Part shown: piece after piece, positions 54,994 through 64,000 of the stretch
Layout: each line of letters starts with the position of its first letter
Position numbering within the stretch: position 1 is the first letter of the stretch
Source of the DNA: Desulfopila sp.
GTDB lineage: Bacteria > Desulfobacterota > Desulfobulbia > Desulfobulbales > Desulfocapsaceae
DNA length: 64,000 bases
Direction of reading: 5' to 3'
Assembly (NCBI GenBank): GCA_041642275.1
Contig: JBEPWT010000004.1
Coordinates: 6,708 to 70,707, forward strand
Position numbers and translations under genes: made by a program
The notes under the pieces: generated by a model
Database searches by the model: none
What the model saw: the letters and a program-made list of their open reading frames with translations, nothing else
Told to the model about the DNA's origin: nothing

Positions 54994-56736
54994 CTACATG
55001 GCGACCAGCGGCAGATAATCGGGTTCCCAGCGCATTCGGCGTATCAGTTTCTTCATGCGCTGCTCGTCATTTTCGTGCTGAAAATCGGAAAATACGCACG
55101 GTCTGCTGACGCCGCCGCTGACAGCGGTCATGGCCACGGCCTGTGCTACCTTCAACGAAATCTCTTTGAGAAAAGCGAGCCGGGGAACAAGGCAGCCTTC
55201 CTCCATCTCCTTGTCGCTGACACAGTCGGAAACCGCCCGGGCCGCAGCCGTAAAAAACTGGGGGAGCACTTCGCGGGCGCCGGAGGCCAGGATGCCTGCC
55301 CCTATCCCCGGAAAAATAAGGACGTTGCTCGCCTGGCGGGCAGTATAAACTTTTCCCTCAAAAGGGAAGGGGCCAAAAGCGCTGCCAGTGGCGACGAGGG
55401 CCCTGCCTTTGGTCCACTGATAAATCTCCGAGGGCTGGGCCTCGATAACGGCTTCAGGGTTTGACAGCGGCAAAATCACTGGCCGGTCGGTATTCCTGCC
55501 AACCGCCTCAATTACCTCCTGGGTAAAACAGCCAACGCATCCGCCCTGCCCCGAAGTACCGACCAGCACCGTGGCGCCGCAATGATCGATGACATCCTCC
55601 AGGCAGAGCATATCCTCTTTCACCCAGGGGTGATGTTCAGGATCCCTGGCATATCTTCGCTTGTAGAGCTCGCACTCCCGTCCTTTCCAGAGCACGCCTT
55701 TGGAATCGAGGGCAAAGATGCGTTTCTTGGCCTCATCGGCACTAAGCCCCTCCTCGATCAAAGCCAGTTCTATCTGCTCGGCAACGCCTATGCCGCAGGT
55801 TCCGGCACCGTGTATGAGAAATACCTGTTCGCTGAGCTTCTGGCGCTTGATCTTCATAGCCGTGAAGAGCGAGGCGAGGACAATGGCGCCGGTTCCCTGG
55901 ATATCCTCGTTAAAAGAAATGAGCTCATCGATAAAGGCATCCCGGGTGGAAAAGGCGTTTTGCTTGGAGAAATCCTCCCACTGGCATATGGCATGGGGAA
56001 AGACATTTCTGAAGGCCCTGGCGAACCTGCCGATGAACTGCAGATATTCTTCCCCCTGAAGCCGTTCATGTCTCCAGCCCAGATACTCCCTGTCGGCCAG
56101 CAGCGATTCATTGTTGGTGCCGACATCAAGGGAGATCGGCAGGCAGTGCCACGGGGCAATCCCTGCCCCCTGGGTGTAGAGCATCAGCTTGCCGAGGCAT
56201 ATGGCGATGCCGCCCACTCCCTGGTCACCAACGCCCAGTACGCCCTGGTTGTCGGTGACGACGGCAATGCGAGTATCCCGATGGGCATATCTTCTCAGTA
56301 TATCCTCGACATTGTTTATATTGCCCGGGTAGAGATGGAGGCCGTTGGCCTTACGAAACATTGATGAATACTGCTGCACCGCCAGTTCGACCGTTGGCGT
56401 GTAGATGATCGGAATGTATTTTTCGATATCGCTTTGTATGACTGCGTGGGCCAGGGTGACATTGCGGTCGAAAAGTTCACGGAGAAAACGGAATTTCTCG
56501 ACATCGTCCCGACGGGCCTCCACCTTGCTTTTAGTGGCTTCCACCTGGCTCTCGAGATCTCTTACCGAGGGGGGCAGAACGGCCTCGAGCCCCAGCTGCT
56601 TACGCTCTTTTACGGTAAAGGCCGTTCCCTTGTTGACAAAGCTGTTGGCATGGACCGAGGGGCCGCTTTCATAGACGAGGATTTCTCTGGTGTTGCCGTA
56701 TTCATCATATTTAAGCCTGTATTGATTTGCAGCCAT
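54994..56736 (-). CDS. maeA: NAD(P)-dependent malic enzyme (large, single-chain type)
   Basis: 580 aa. Has NKGTAFT..ER..LGL.G.LP, IYTPTV, VTD...ILG.GD.G and the Rossmann GAG.AG motif. Confidence 0.9.
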   Translation of the reverse strand: MAANQYRLKYDEYGNTREILVYESGPSVHANSFVNKGTAFTVKERKQLGLEAVLPPSVRDLESQVEATKSKVEARRDDVEKFRFLRELFDRNVTLAHAVIQSDIEKYIPIIYTPTVELAVQQYSSMFRKANGLHLYPGNINNVEDILRRYAHRDTRIAVVTDNQGVLGVGDQGVGGIAICLGKLMLYTQGAGIAPWHCLPISLDVGTNNESLLADREYLGWRHERLQGEEYLQFIGRFARAFRNVFPHAICQWEDFSKQNAFSTRDAFIDELISFNEDIQGTGAIVLASLFTAMKIKRQKLSEQVFLIHGAGTCGIGVAEQIELALIEEGLSADEAKKRIFALDSKGVLWKGRECELYKRRYARDPEHHPWVKEDMLCLEDVIDHCGATVLVGTSGQGGCVGCFTQEVIEAVGRNTDRPVILPLSNPEAVIEAQPSEIYQWTKGRALVATGSAFGPFPFEGKVYTARQASNVLIFPGIGAGILASGAREVLPQFFTAAARAVSDCVSDKEMEEGCLVPRLAFLKEISLKVAQAVAMTAVSGGVSRPCVFSDFQHENDEQRMKKLIRRMRWEPDYLPLVAM

Positions 56737-56793
56737 ATATAGTCCTCAATCTTCTCCATTGACTTTTTTTGCATTCATCCCATAATAGCCGGC

Positions 56794-57060
56794 ATGAAAA
56801 GCTGGCAAGAGATACTCAGCGAGAGTGTAACAACTTTCACCGATCTGCAAAAGCATTTAAATTGCAATACTACCGCATTAGAAGATGTTATAGCAACGTT
56901 TCCAATGCGCATTAACCCATATTTTTTAGACCTCATCAAAGTGCACGGAGCTCCGTTATGGCGGCAAGCCGTTCCGGATGTGAAAGAAATTCAAGATACT
57001 GTCTGTCTTATCGTAAAGAAACCTTCAACCTCAGCAGTCCCACCTCGAGGAGCCCAATGA
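56794..57060 (+). pseudogene. N-terminal remnant of a KamA/EpmB-family (lysine 2,3-aminomutase-like) radical-SAM gene
   Basis: The first ~68 aa follow the family's N-terminal pattern (W...L..S.....DL...L.......V....PMRI.PY.L.LI.....PL..QAVP...E). The similarity then ends and a stop follows. The CxxxCxxC radical-SAM core is absent, and the next gene starts at 57057. Confidence 0.5.
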
Positions 57061-58607
57061 ACGTCGATCCCATTCTGGAAAAGGTCCTGTATTCGCAAGA
57101 TTTGCCGACACTGCCGACGGTGGCCTCAAAACTCATCTCGCTGACCTCCAAGGAAGATACCACCCTCTCGGACATCGCCGAACTGATATCCAAGGATATC
57201 TCCCTCTCGGCGAAGATTCTCAAGGTTTCCAATTCGGCTTTCTACAGTTTTCCGCAACAGATCGGCTCCATCCATCAGGCGGTATCCATTCTCGGCACCA
57301 ATGCCGTCAGGAGCCTGGTTTTGTCTTTTTCCTTTCTTTCCATCAGATCCGGGAAAAAGGCCAGCCATTTTAATTTCGAACTGTTCTGGCAGCGTTCTCT
57401 CGCTCTCGCCGTCGCCTCGAAACTGATCCTGGAAAAGGTCAAGGGCGCCAACACCGAGGAAATCTTCATTTCCGGTCTGCTGCAAAACCTGGGGGAGCTG
57501 ATATTTGCCAGGACTTTTTCCGAAGAATATGACAAGGTCCTGGAAGACGTTGAGGAAAATCAGCACGACACTATTCTGGCAGAAGAAAACATCATAGGCG
57601 CCAATCACAGCTTCATAGGCTTCGAGGTTGCCAGACACTGGGGATTTCCCGAAGCGCTGCTTCTTCCCATCCGCCACCACCATGCACCGGAGGAGTATAC
57701 AGGTCGGGACATCAAGATAAGGCACACCATCAGCGCAGTCTATCTTGCTGATATTCTAATAAATATTCTCTACTCTGAGAAGCCCGAGGACTATCACAAG
57801 CAGTTTCGCAAAGAAGCGCGGAGCCAGCTCAAGCTCAACCCCGGCGATATCGAGTCGATCCTTGAAGAAATTCACAGGCATGTGGAAATGGCCGGCGAAT
57901 ATTTCGGCTTGAAAATTAAGAACACCAGATCGATTCAGGATATTCTCCAGGAGGCCAATATTCGCCTCAGCCTCATGAATCTCGATTACGACCAGATGAA
58001 TAAACAGCTGATTCAGACCAAGGTGAAGCTTGAAAAACTCACGGAAGAACTCGAGGAAAAAAACAGAATTCTCGACAATCTCGCCAACATCGACGGTCTT
58101 ACGGAGGTATACAATCACCGGTATTTTCAAAACTTTCTCGAACAGGAAATAGAGAGGGCGGAACGCAAGGACACCACCCTCTCACTGCTGCTTATCGATA
58201 TCGATCACTTCAAGAAATTCAACGACAATTACGGTCATCAGGCAGGCGATTTCGTCCTCAAAAAGTTCTGCGAAAGACTTAAAAAAAACCTGCGCAAGTA
58301 TGATATCCTTTCCCGCTATGGCGGCGAAGAATTTGTCGTTATTCTGCCGGAAACAGAGCTGGACGAGGCCTTCGCCGTCGCTGAAAAGCTGCGGCTGGCC
58401 CTCGCCGAGAGCAGTTTTGACGACGGTCAGGAGCAGTACAGTGTCACCGCCAGTTTCGGCATATCCACATGCAGACCGGCAACAGAAGATAGCTTCAGCA
58501 AGAATGAGTTCATCGGCAAAGCCGATCACGCCCTCTATACCGCCAAGGAAAACGGCAGAAACCAGTCTGCCGTCTACCAGCCGAAGAAAAAATGGTTTTC
58601 CTTCTGA
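57057..58607 (+). CDS. HDOD-domain + coiled-coil + GGDEF diguanylate cyclase
   Basis: It has an N-terminal HDOD domain (LPTLP.VA.KLI.L......L.DIA.LI..D..L.AKILK..NSAFY), a coiled-coil linker, and a GGDEF domain with an intact GGEEF site. I chose the ATG at 57057, which overlaps the upstream stop (ATGA). Confidence 0.85.
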   Translation: MNVDPILEKVLYSQDLPTLPTVASKLISLTSKEDTTLSDIAELISKDISLSAKILKVSNSAFYSFPQQIGSIHQAVSILGTNAVRSLVLSFSFLSIRSGKKASHFNFELFWQRSLALAVASKLILEKVKGANTEEIFISGLLQNLGELIFARTFSEEYDKVLEDVEENQHDTILAEENIIGANHSFIGFEVARHWGFPEALLLPIRHHHAPEEYTGRDIKIRHTISAVYLADILINILYSEKPEDYHKQFRKEARSQLKLNPGDIESILEEIHRHVEMAGEYFGLKIKNTRSIQDILQEANIRLSLMNLDYDQMNKQLIQTKVKLEKLTEELEEKNRILDNLANIDGLTEVYNHRYFQNFLEQEIERAERKDTTLSLLLIDIDHFKKFNDNYGHQAGDFVLKKFCERLKKNLRKYDILSRYGGEEFVVILPETELDEAFAVAEKLRLALAESSFDDGQEQYSVTASFGISTCRPATEDSFSKNEFIGKADHALYTAKENGRNQSAVYQPKKKWFSF

Positions 58608-58691
58608 AAACACTCTTGGTTTACCTCGAGCTCGACGACAACCTCCAGTCTCTGCGGCATATCTTTACCTCGCGGTCTTCGTAAAGAGGAG

Positions 58692-61220
58692 CTACATCAT
58701 ATTATCCGGGTCCAGGTCGAGAGCGATATGGGCCTTGCCGACCGCCATGGTGCTGCGACTGTCGCTGATCTCTCTTCCCAGAATCTGGAATGTATTGGCC
58801 TGCGGCGATTTCAGAAGAATCTGCCATCTATATTTATCCTTGATTTTTTCCAGCGGCGACGGTGCAGGCCCCAGGACTTCAAGCACAACCTGTCCTTTGG
58901 CTGCAAATGATCTTGCCGCCGCAGCAAGGTTTTCTGCTGTTTTCCGCACCTCGTATTCGATCTCTCCAGACACTCTGTAGCAGGCAAGACGAACAAATGG
59001 AGGAAACGCCGGCCGCTGGCGGATGGCGAGTTCTTTCTGATAGAAGGTTTCATAGTCATGACGGCGGGCAAGGTCGATGGCATAGTGCCGGGGCCGCATT
59101 GTCTGGATGATCACCCTGCCCCCGACTGCCCCTCTGCCGGCTCGTCCGGTCACCTGGGACAGCAACTGATAGGTTCTCTCGGCCGCCCGAAAATCAGGCA
59201 TGTTCAGACCGCCATCGGCCCAGACCACACCGACGAAACTGACATGGGGAAAATGGTGGCCCTTGGCAATCATCTGGGTGCCGATGAGAATGTCGATATG
59301 CCGCTGGCGCATACTGCCGAGAAGAGACAGGAATTTTTTTCTGTCCGAGGCGGTATCGGCATCGAGGCGCTCGATGGCGGCATCCGGGAAGAGCTCGCGC
59401 AGTTCCTCCTCCACCCGTTGCGTACCCACCCCCATCGGCACCAGCTGCGACGAACGGCAGTTGGCGCAGACCAGCTGAGAGCTGACCGCGTAGCCGCAGT
59501 AGTGGCAGATGAGACTGCTTTTCTTCTTATGATAGGTCAGCGTGACATTGCAGTGAATACAGCCAACCGCCGTGCCGCATTCCTGACATATATACGATGC
59601 AGAAAATCCCCGGCGGTTGAGCAAAAGCAGACTCTGCTCTCCTCTGTCGAGGGTGTGCTCCAGCGCATCGACAAACTCTCTGTGCAGCAGACTTTTTTTT
59701 GAATGCTTCGCCTCCTTGCTCAGGTCGATCAGAGTAACTTCAGGCAAACTGCCGGCCCCGACTCTGCTGGTCAGTTTCAAAAGCTGGTATTTCTGTTGTC
59801 TGGCATTATGATAACTGGTTACCGAAGGCGTCGCAGAGCCGAGAAGCACGCTGCAATTATGGAGTTTGCCACGGACGACGGCCAGGTCTCTGCCGTTATA
59901 TTTGAGGCTGTCATCCTGCTTGAAACCGCTGTCGTGTTCTTCATCGACGATAATCAGTCCGATATTGGCAAGAGGCGCAAACACCGCCGAACGCGCCCCT
60001 ATAACTATTTTGACCTTTCCCGCTGCAGCCAGAGACCACTGGTCATATTTCTCCCCGCCGGAGAGGCCGGAATGAAGAAGAGCTATTCTGTCGCCGAAGC
60101 GTGAGAGGAAATGGGCTTCCAGCTGTGTTGCCAGGGCAATTTCCGGAACCAGTACCAGGATATCCTTATTGTTGTCGAGAGCGACCTGGGCTGCCTGAAG
60201 GTAAACCTCGGTCTTGCCGCTGCCGGTTATGCCGTGCAAAAGAAACACCTTGTACACACCAGCATACAGGCTCTTTTCTATCTGCCTCAGCGCCGCGACC
60301 TGCTCTTTACTCAATTCTTTGGGGGCGGGCAGGTGTGGCGGCCTTTCTCCGAAAGGGTTGCGATAAATTCGCTTCTTGTCTTTCTTGAGAATGCCCAGGC
60401 GGCAAAGCTCCTTCAAGGCTTTGGCGCCTCCTCTGTAGGCCTTGAGGATCTCCTTGCGGGGAACCTCACCGGGCATGCCGCGAATATACCGGGCGTAGTG
60501 GTAGAGGGTTTTTATCTCCGAGAGTCTCAGTTGGTGGTCTACCCTGGAGTGAATGTTTTTGGAAAAACCTTCCAGGGAAAATGAAGCGGTATCGGCAATG
60601 GCCTGGTCTATATCGAGCACATCGCCGGTGCGATAGCACACTTCCGTCTTATCGCCAATTCTCTGGTCGTCTGCCTCGTTGATGATATCTATGAGACCCT
60701 GCTGCTGGAGTGTGGATGCCAGACGGCGATTTTTGGCATTGGAGAGAATTTTTCGGGTGCGGCTGCGGCCTATCCGGCCTTTTTCCTTGAGCTCTGCCAG
60801 CCAGGAATACTCCTGCTGTGCCGGATCGCCGCCCACTCCGTCGAAACTGGCAGCACGATCTTTGAGGCGAATCACCCTGCCGCCCGCCCCCTTCAACCCG
60901 GCCGGCAGCGCCGTGGTGAGCACCTCACCTATCGGATATTGATAGTAATGGGCAATCCATCGGAAAAAGGCAACCATATTGCCGGGAAACAGCGGCGCAT
61001 CGCTCAAGATGTCCCCGATTTCCTTGACAACGAAGGCGCCGTCAGGGTTGTGCGTCCGACCAAGAACATAGCCTATCGCCTGCCTCCGCCCCAGCGGCAC
61101 CAGCACCCTGCTGCCGGCATACCCGGCTTCATCCCGCCCGCTGTTCTGTAAATGGGCGGGCAGGAGATAGGTCAGCGTTGACAGAAGAGGCGCGGCGACC
61201 GCTACCTCCAGATATATCAT
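58692..61220 (-). CDS. priA: Primosomal protein N' (replication restart helicase)
   Basis: 842 aa. Has Walker A GITGSGKTEVY, DEEHD and a Cys-rich zinc-binding region (CQECG...CIHC...C.YCG...C..C). Confidence 0.92.
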   Translation of the reverse strand: MIYLEVAVAAPLLSTLTYLLPAHLQNSGRDEAGYAGSRVLVPLGRRQAIGYVLGRTHNPDGAFVVKEIGDILSDAPLFPGNMVAFFRWIAHYYQYPIGEVLTTALPAGLKGAGGRVIRLKDRAASFDGVGGDPAQQEYSWLAELKEKGRIGRSRTRKILSNAKNRRLASTLQQQGLIDIINEADDQRIGDKTEVCYRTGDVLDIDQAIADTASFSLEGFSKNIHSRVDHQLRLSEIKTLYHYARYIRGMPGEVPRKEILKAYRGGAKALKELCRLGILKKDKKRIYRNPFGERPPHLPAPKELSKEQVAALRQIEKSLYAGVYKVFLLHGITGSGKTEVYLQAAQVALDNNKDILVLVPEIALATQLEAHFLSRFGDRIALLHSGLSGGEKYDQWSLAAAGKVKIVIGARSAVFAPLANIGLIIVDEEHDSGFKQDDSLKYNGRDLAVVRGKLHNCSVLLGSATPSVTSYHNARQQKYQLLKLTSRVGAGSLPEVTLIDLSKEAKHSKKSLLHREFVDALEHTLDRGEQSLLLLNRRGFSASYICQECGTAVGCIHCNVTLTYHKKKSSLICHYCGYAVSSQLVCANCRSSQLVPMGVGTQRVEEELRELFPDAAIERLDADTASDRKKFLSLLGSMRQRHIDILIGTQMIAKGHHFPHVSFVGVVWADGGLNMPDFRAAERTYQLLSQVTGRAGRGAVGGRVIIQTMRPRHYAIDLARRHDYETFYQKELAIRQRPAFPPFVRLACYRVSGEIEYEVRKTAENLAAAARSFAAKGQVVLEVLGPAPSPLEKIKDKYRWQILLKSPQANTFQILGREISDSRSTMAVGKAHIALDLDPDNMM

Positions 61221-62089
61221 TTTCCGGTGATGGTATTCTCGAGATACTCTCTGAAATCATCGGCCAGGGCAGGATGACGCAGGGCAAAGGCCACAATGGC
61301 CTTCAGATAGCCCAGCTTGTCGCCGGCATCGAACCTGGTGCCATCGAATTCGTAGGCAAACATCGGCCTTTTCTTCGAGAGCGCCAGCAGGGCGTCGGTC
61401 AACTGTATTTCACCGCCGTGGCCAGGCGTGGTCTTGCCGAGAAGGTCGAAAATTTCCGGCATGAGTATATAGCGGCCGATTATGGCCAGGTCGGAGTCAG
61501 TGGTGCCGGGCGCCGGCTTTTCTATCATCCTCGTCACTCTATGGGTACGTTCATGCCCGTTTTGCTCGCCTTCGACGATGCCGTACTGATGCGTCTGTTC
61601 CTGCGGCACGCGCTGAACGGCTATGATCGATTCGCCGACTTCATCAAAAAAATTCAACATCTGTTTGGCGCAGGGAGTATCGCTGAGTACCAGATCGTCG
61701 CCGAGCAAAACCATAAACGGCTCATTGCCGACGACATGCTTGGCGGTCCATATGGCATGGCCGAGGCCAAGTGGTTTTTTCTGACGTACGGAAACGATAT
61801 CAATGAGATTTGATATCATGTTGAGTTCTTCGCCCAGAACCGTTTTCTTCTTTTCCCGGAGGACGGCGTCGAGATGAAAGTTGTAATCGAAGTGATTCTC
61901 GATCGCCGACTTGCCTTCACTGGTGACAAAGATTATCTGCTCAATACCAGAGGCCACCACTTCCTCGACGATGTACTGGATCGTCGGTCTGTCGACAATG
62001 GTCAGCATTTCCTTGGGTATAGCCTTCGTTGCCGGCAAAAAACGGGTTCCCAACCCCGCCACGGGAATTACAGCCTTTCTCACCTTCAT
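61217..62089 (-). CDS. galU: UTP-glucose-1-phosphate uridylyltransferase
   Basis: 290 aa. Has the canonical N-terminus KAVIPVAGLGTRFLPATKA.PKEML. Its stop overlaps the priA start by 4 nt. Confidence 0.93.
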   Translation of the reverse strand: MKVRKAVIPVAGLGTRFLPATKAIPKEMLTIVDRPTIQYIVEEVVASGIEQIIFVTSEGKSAIENHFDYNFHLDAVLREKKKTVLGEELNMISNLIDIVSVRQKKPLGLGHAIWTAKHVVGNEPFMVLLGDDLVLSDTPCAKQMLNFFDEVGESIIAVQRVPQEQTHQYGIVEGEQNGHERTHRVTRMIEKPAPGTTDSDLAIIGRYILMPEIFDLLGKTTPGHGGEIQLTDALLALSKKRPMFAYEFDGTRFDAGDKLGYLKAIVAFALRHPALADDFREYLENTITGK

Positions 62090-62194
62090 AAAAACTCCTT
62101 ATTTTTCAAAAACTGAATGTGTAGTAGTATGTCGGAGAACACGAGTGATCTACTTTTGCATACCATAAAACCGTTTTAACATCTATTATTTTTC

Positions 62195-64000
62195 ATGAAT
62201 TTCAACTATCCAGCGACGCTTCCGATAACATCGATGCGTCAGCAGATACAAGATGCCCTGCAGCACAATCAGGTCGTTATTGTCGCCGGCGACACCGGCT
62301 CGGGCAAAACCACGCAGCTTCCGAAAATGTGCCTGGAAATCATGCCGCATTCCCGGGGCATCATAGGCTGCACCCAGCCGCGCCGAATCGCCGCCCTGAC
62401 CGTCGCCTCCAGGGTTGCCGAGGAGCTGCAGGAGAACTCCTTTCAGGTAGGCTATAAAATTCGCTTCCAGGACAAGACGGATAAAAACACCCGCATCAAA
62501 TTCATGACCGACGGGGTACTTTTGGCTGAGACCAGGAGCGACCGCCTCCTGCGTCAGTACGCCATTCTCATTATCGACGAAGCCCATGAACGCAGTCTCA
62601 ATATCGATTTTCTGCTGGGGTATCTGAAAAACATACTCACCAGCAGGGATGATCTCAAGGTTATCGTCACTTCGGCAACCATAGACACGCTCTCCTTCAG
62701 CGCCCATTTCAACGGCGCGCCCATTGTCACCATTCCCGGCAAGACCTTTCCCGTCGAGGTCCGGTATATGCCTCCGGAGGCCGATGAATTCGGCGAATTC
62801 GACAACTATGTCGAAGCGGCGGCCAGAGCTGTCGGCGAACTGCACCGCAAGGAACCTCCGGGAGACATACTGGTTTTTCTGCCCACGGAAAGAGATATCC
62901 GCAGCTGCTGCGAACTCATCGGCAAAACAGTCAGCGGCCTCGACATCCTTCCCCTTTTCGGCCGGCTGCATACGGCCGACCAGAAAAAAATCTTTCAACC
63001 ATCCTCGAAAACAAAGATTGTCGTTGCCACCAATGTCGCCGAAACCTCCATCACCGTGCCGGGCATCCGCTATGTGGTCGATACCGGCCTTGCGCGCATG
63101 TCCTACTACAACTACCGGGCAAAGACCCACAGTCTGCCGGTAAAGAAAATATCGCAGGCGAGCTGCGACCAGCGCAAAGGCAGATGCGGCCGTCTGGGGC
63201 CCGGGGTCTGCATACGTCTTTATTCCGAGGAAGATTATGGCCAACGCGATGAATACATAACTCCGGAAATCAAGCGCTCCAACCTCGCCGAAGTCGTTCT
63301 GCAGATGGTCTCCTATCGTCTCGGGGACCCTTACACCTTCCCCTTTCTTGAGCCGCCGGCCGCTACCGCCATCAACGAAGGCTACAACCAGCTCCTGGAA
63401 CTGGGAGCAATAACCGACAAGCGCCGGCTTACCGCCATCGGCAAGGACATGGCGGCGCTGCCCATCGACCCCTCCATCTCCCGCATCGTTATCGAAGCCC
63501 GGAAAAACAACTGCCTCAAAGAGATACTAATCATCGCTCCCATCCTCGCCATCCAGGACCCGAGGGTGCGGCCGGCCGACTTCGAAAAACAGGCCGATGA
63601 AGCGCATCGGCAGTTTCATCATGATCAGTCGGACTTTATGGTTTTCGTGAACATCTGGAATCTCTACCACAGGGTCAAGGCCAAAACATCCTGGTCGCGT
63701 CTGAAAAAATTCTGCAAGAGCCATTTTCTGTCTTTTCAGAGAATGCGCGAATGGATTGATCTGCACCAGCAGATGACCGCTATTCTGCAAAAGCAGTCAT
63801 CTTTTGAAATCAACGAAGAGGATGCCGGCTACGAGGCTGTGCACCGCTCCCTGGCAATCGGCTTTCTCCGCAATATCGCCATGAAAAAAGAAGGCAGGCT
63901 CTACACCGGCTCCTCGGGCAAGGAAGTAATGATCTTTCCCGGATCCGGCCTGTTCAAATCGGCGCCGCAATGGATACTTGCCTCCTCATTCATGGAAACC
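62195..64000 (+). CDS. hrpA: ATP-dependent RNA helicase HrpA (DEAH-box), 5' part; continues beyond the window
   Basis: This gene is not in the ORF track because it has no stop inside the window. My translation from the ATG at 62195 gives MNFNYPATLPITSMRQQI...VVIVAGDTGSGKTTQLPK...IIDEAHERSLNIDFLLGYLK...TSATID...VATNVAETSITVPGI. The frame stays open through 64000 (602 codons). Confidence 0.9.
   Translation, partial: MNFNYPATLPITSMRQQIQDALQHNQVVIVAGDTGSGKTTQLPKMCLEIMPHSRGIIGCTQPRRIAALTVASRVAEELQENSFQVGYKIRFQDKTDKNTRIKFMTDGVLLAETRSDRLLRQYAILIIDEAHERSLNIDFLLGYLKNILTSRDDLKVIVTSATIDTLSFSAHFNGAPIVTIPGKTFPVEVRYMPPEADEFGEFDNYVEAAARAVGELHRKEPPGDILVFLPTERDIRSCCELIGKTVSGLDILPLFGRLHTADQKKIFQPSSKTKIVVATNVAETSITVPGIRYVVDTGLARMSYYNYRAKTHSLPVKKISQASCDQRKGRCGRLGPGVCIRLYSEEDYGQRDEYITPEIKRSNLAEVVLQMVSYRLGDPYTFPFLEPPAATAINEGYNQLLELGAITDKRRLTAIGKDMAALPIDPSISRIVIEARKNNCLKEILIIAPILAIQDPRVRPADFEKQADEAHRQFHHDQSDFMVFVNIWNLYHRVKAKTSWSRLKKFCKSHFLSFQRMREWIDLHQQMTAILQKQSSFEINEEDAGYEAVHRSLAIGFLRNIAMKKEGRLYTGSSGKEVMIFPGSGLFKSAPQWILASSFMET

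Noticed and set aside
62186-63244. A 352-aa minus-strand ORF, the only track ORF covering this region.
   Set aside because: - The + strand encodes a clear HrpA DEAH-box helicase (GDTGSGKT, DEAH, SAT motifs).
- That gene is missing from the track only because it has no stop codon inside the window.
- The minus-strand ORF is its shadow.

Overview
This is a 64-kb, densely coding, mostly housekeeping chromosomal segment from an anaerobic Gram-negative bacterium. The gene content and order suggest a Desulfobacterota-like sulfate-reducer lineage, but that taxonomic call is inference. About 50 protein genes are supported. Main blocks:
- A complete carbonyl-branch Wood-Ljungdahl operon on the minus strand (66-10477): RACo, acsD, cooS/acsA, acsB, acsC, acsE.
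- fadD-like ligase, pepN, dapL, ispH, a fused hisHF, hup, and a COG1900/LarE-like sulfur pair.
- pheA, tsaD, rsmA, a parE/parC-like type IIA topoisomerase pair, lptF, nnr, ung.
- The strings rplU-rpmA | obgE-proB-proA-nadD and rpsF-rpsR-DUF2232-rplI-dnaB-leuS-lptE-dusB.
- folD, malic enzyme, an HDOD-GGDEF cyclase, priA, galU, and a 3'-truncated hrpA that the ORF track misses.

I see no rRNA, tRNA, CRISPR array, intact IS element, prophage or recognisable defence island. I cannot point to a clear multi-gene novel system.

The items most worth a second look:
1. A receiver + zinc-ribbon + CheB-like protein with all three catalytic-triad positions substituted, sitting between nadD and ung.
2. A structured ~166-nt intergenic repeat in two inverted copies. 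Its end motif also builds a 62-nt mini-palindrome at a third locus.
3. An AcsD subunit carrying a ~170-aa TolA-like E/A/K-rich tail.
4. A tightly coupled COG1900 + LarE-family gene pair.
5. A two-repeat AP2-domain protein in an AT-richer islet.
6. Gene remnants: an IS630-like HTH-only ORF, a KamA N-terminal stub, and a start-less Flp-pilin-like ORF.

Many long ORFs in the track are antisense shadows of real genes. Several track ORFs also carry spurious N-terminal extensions, and I adjusted those starts where a Shine-Dalgarno (SD) motif or homology logic supported it.
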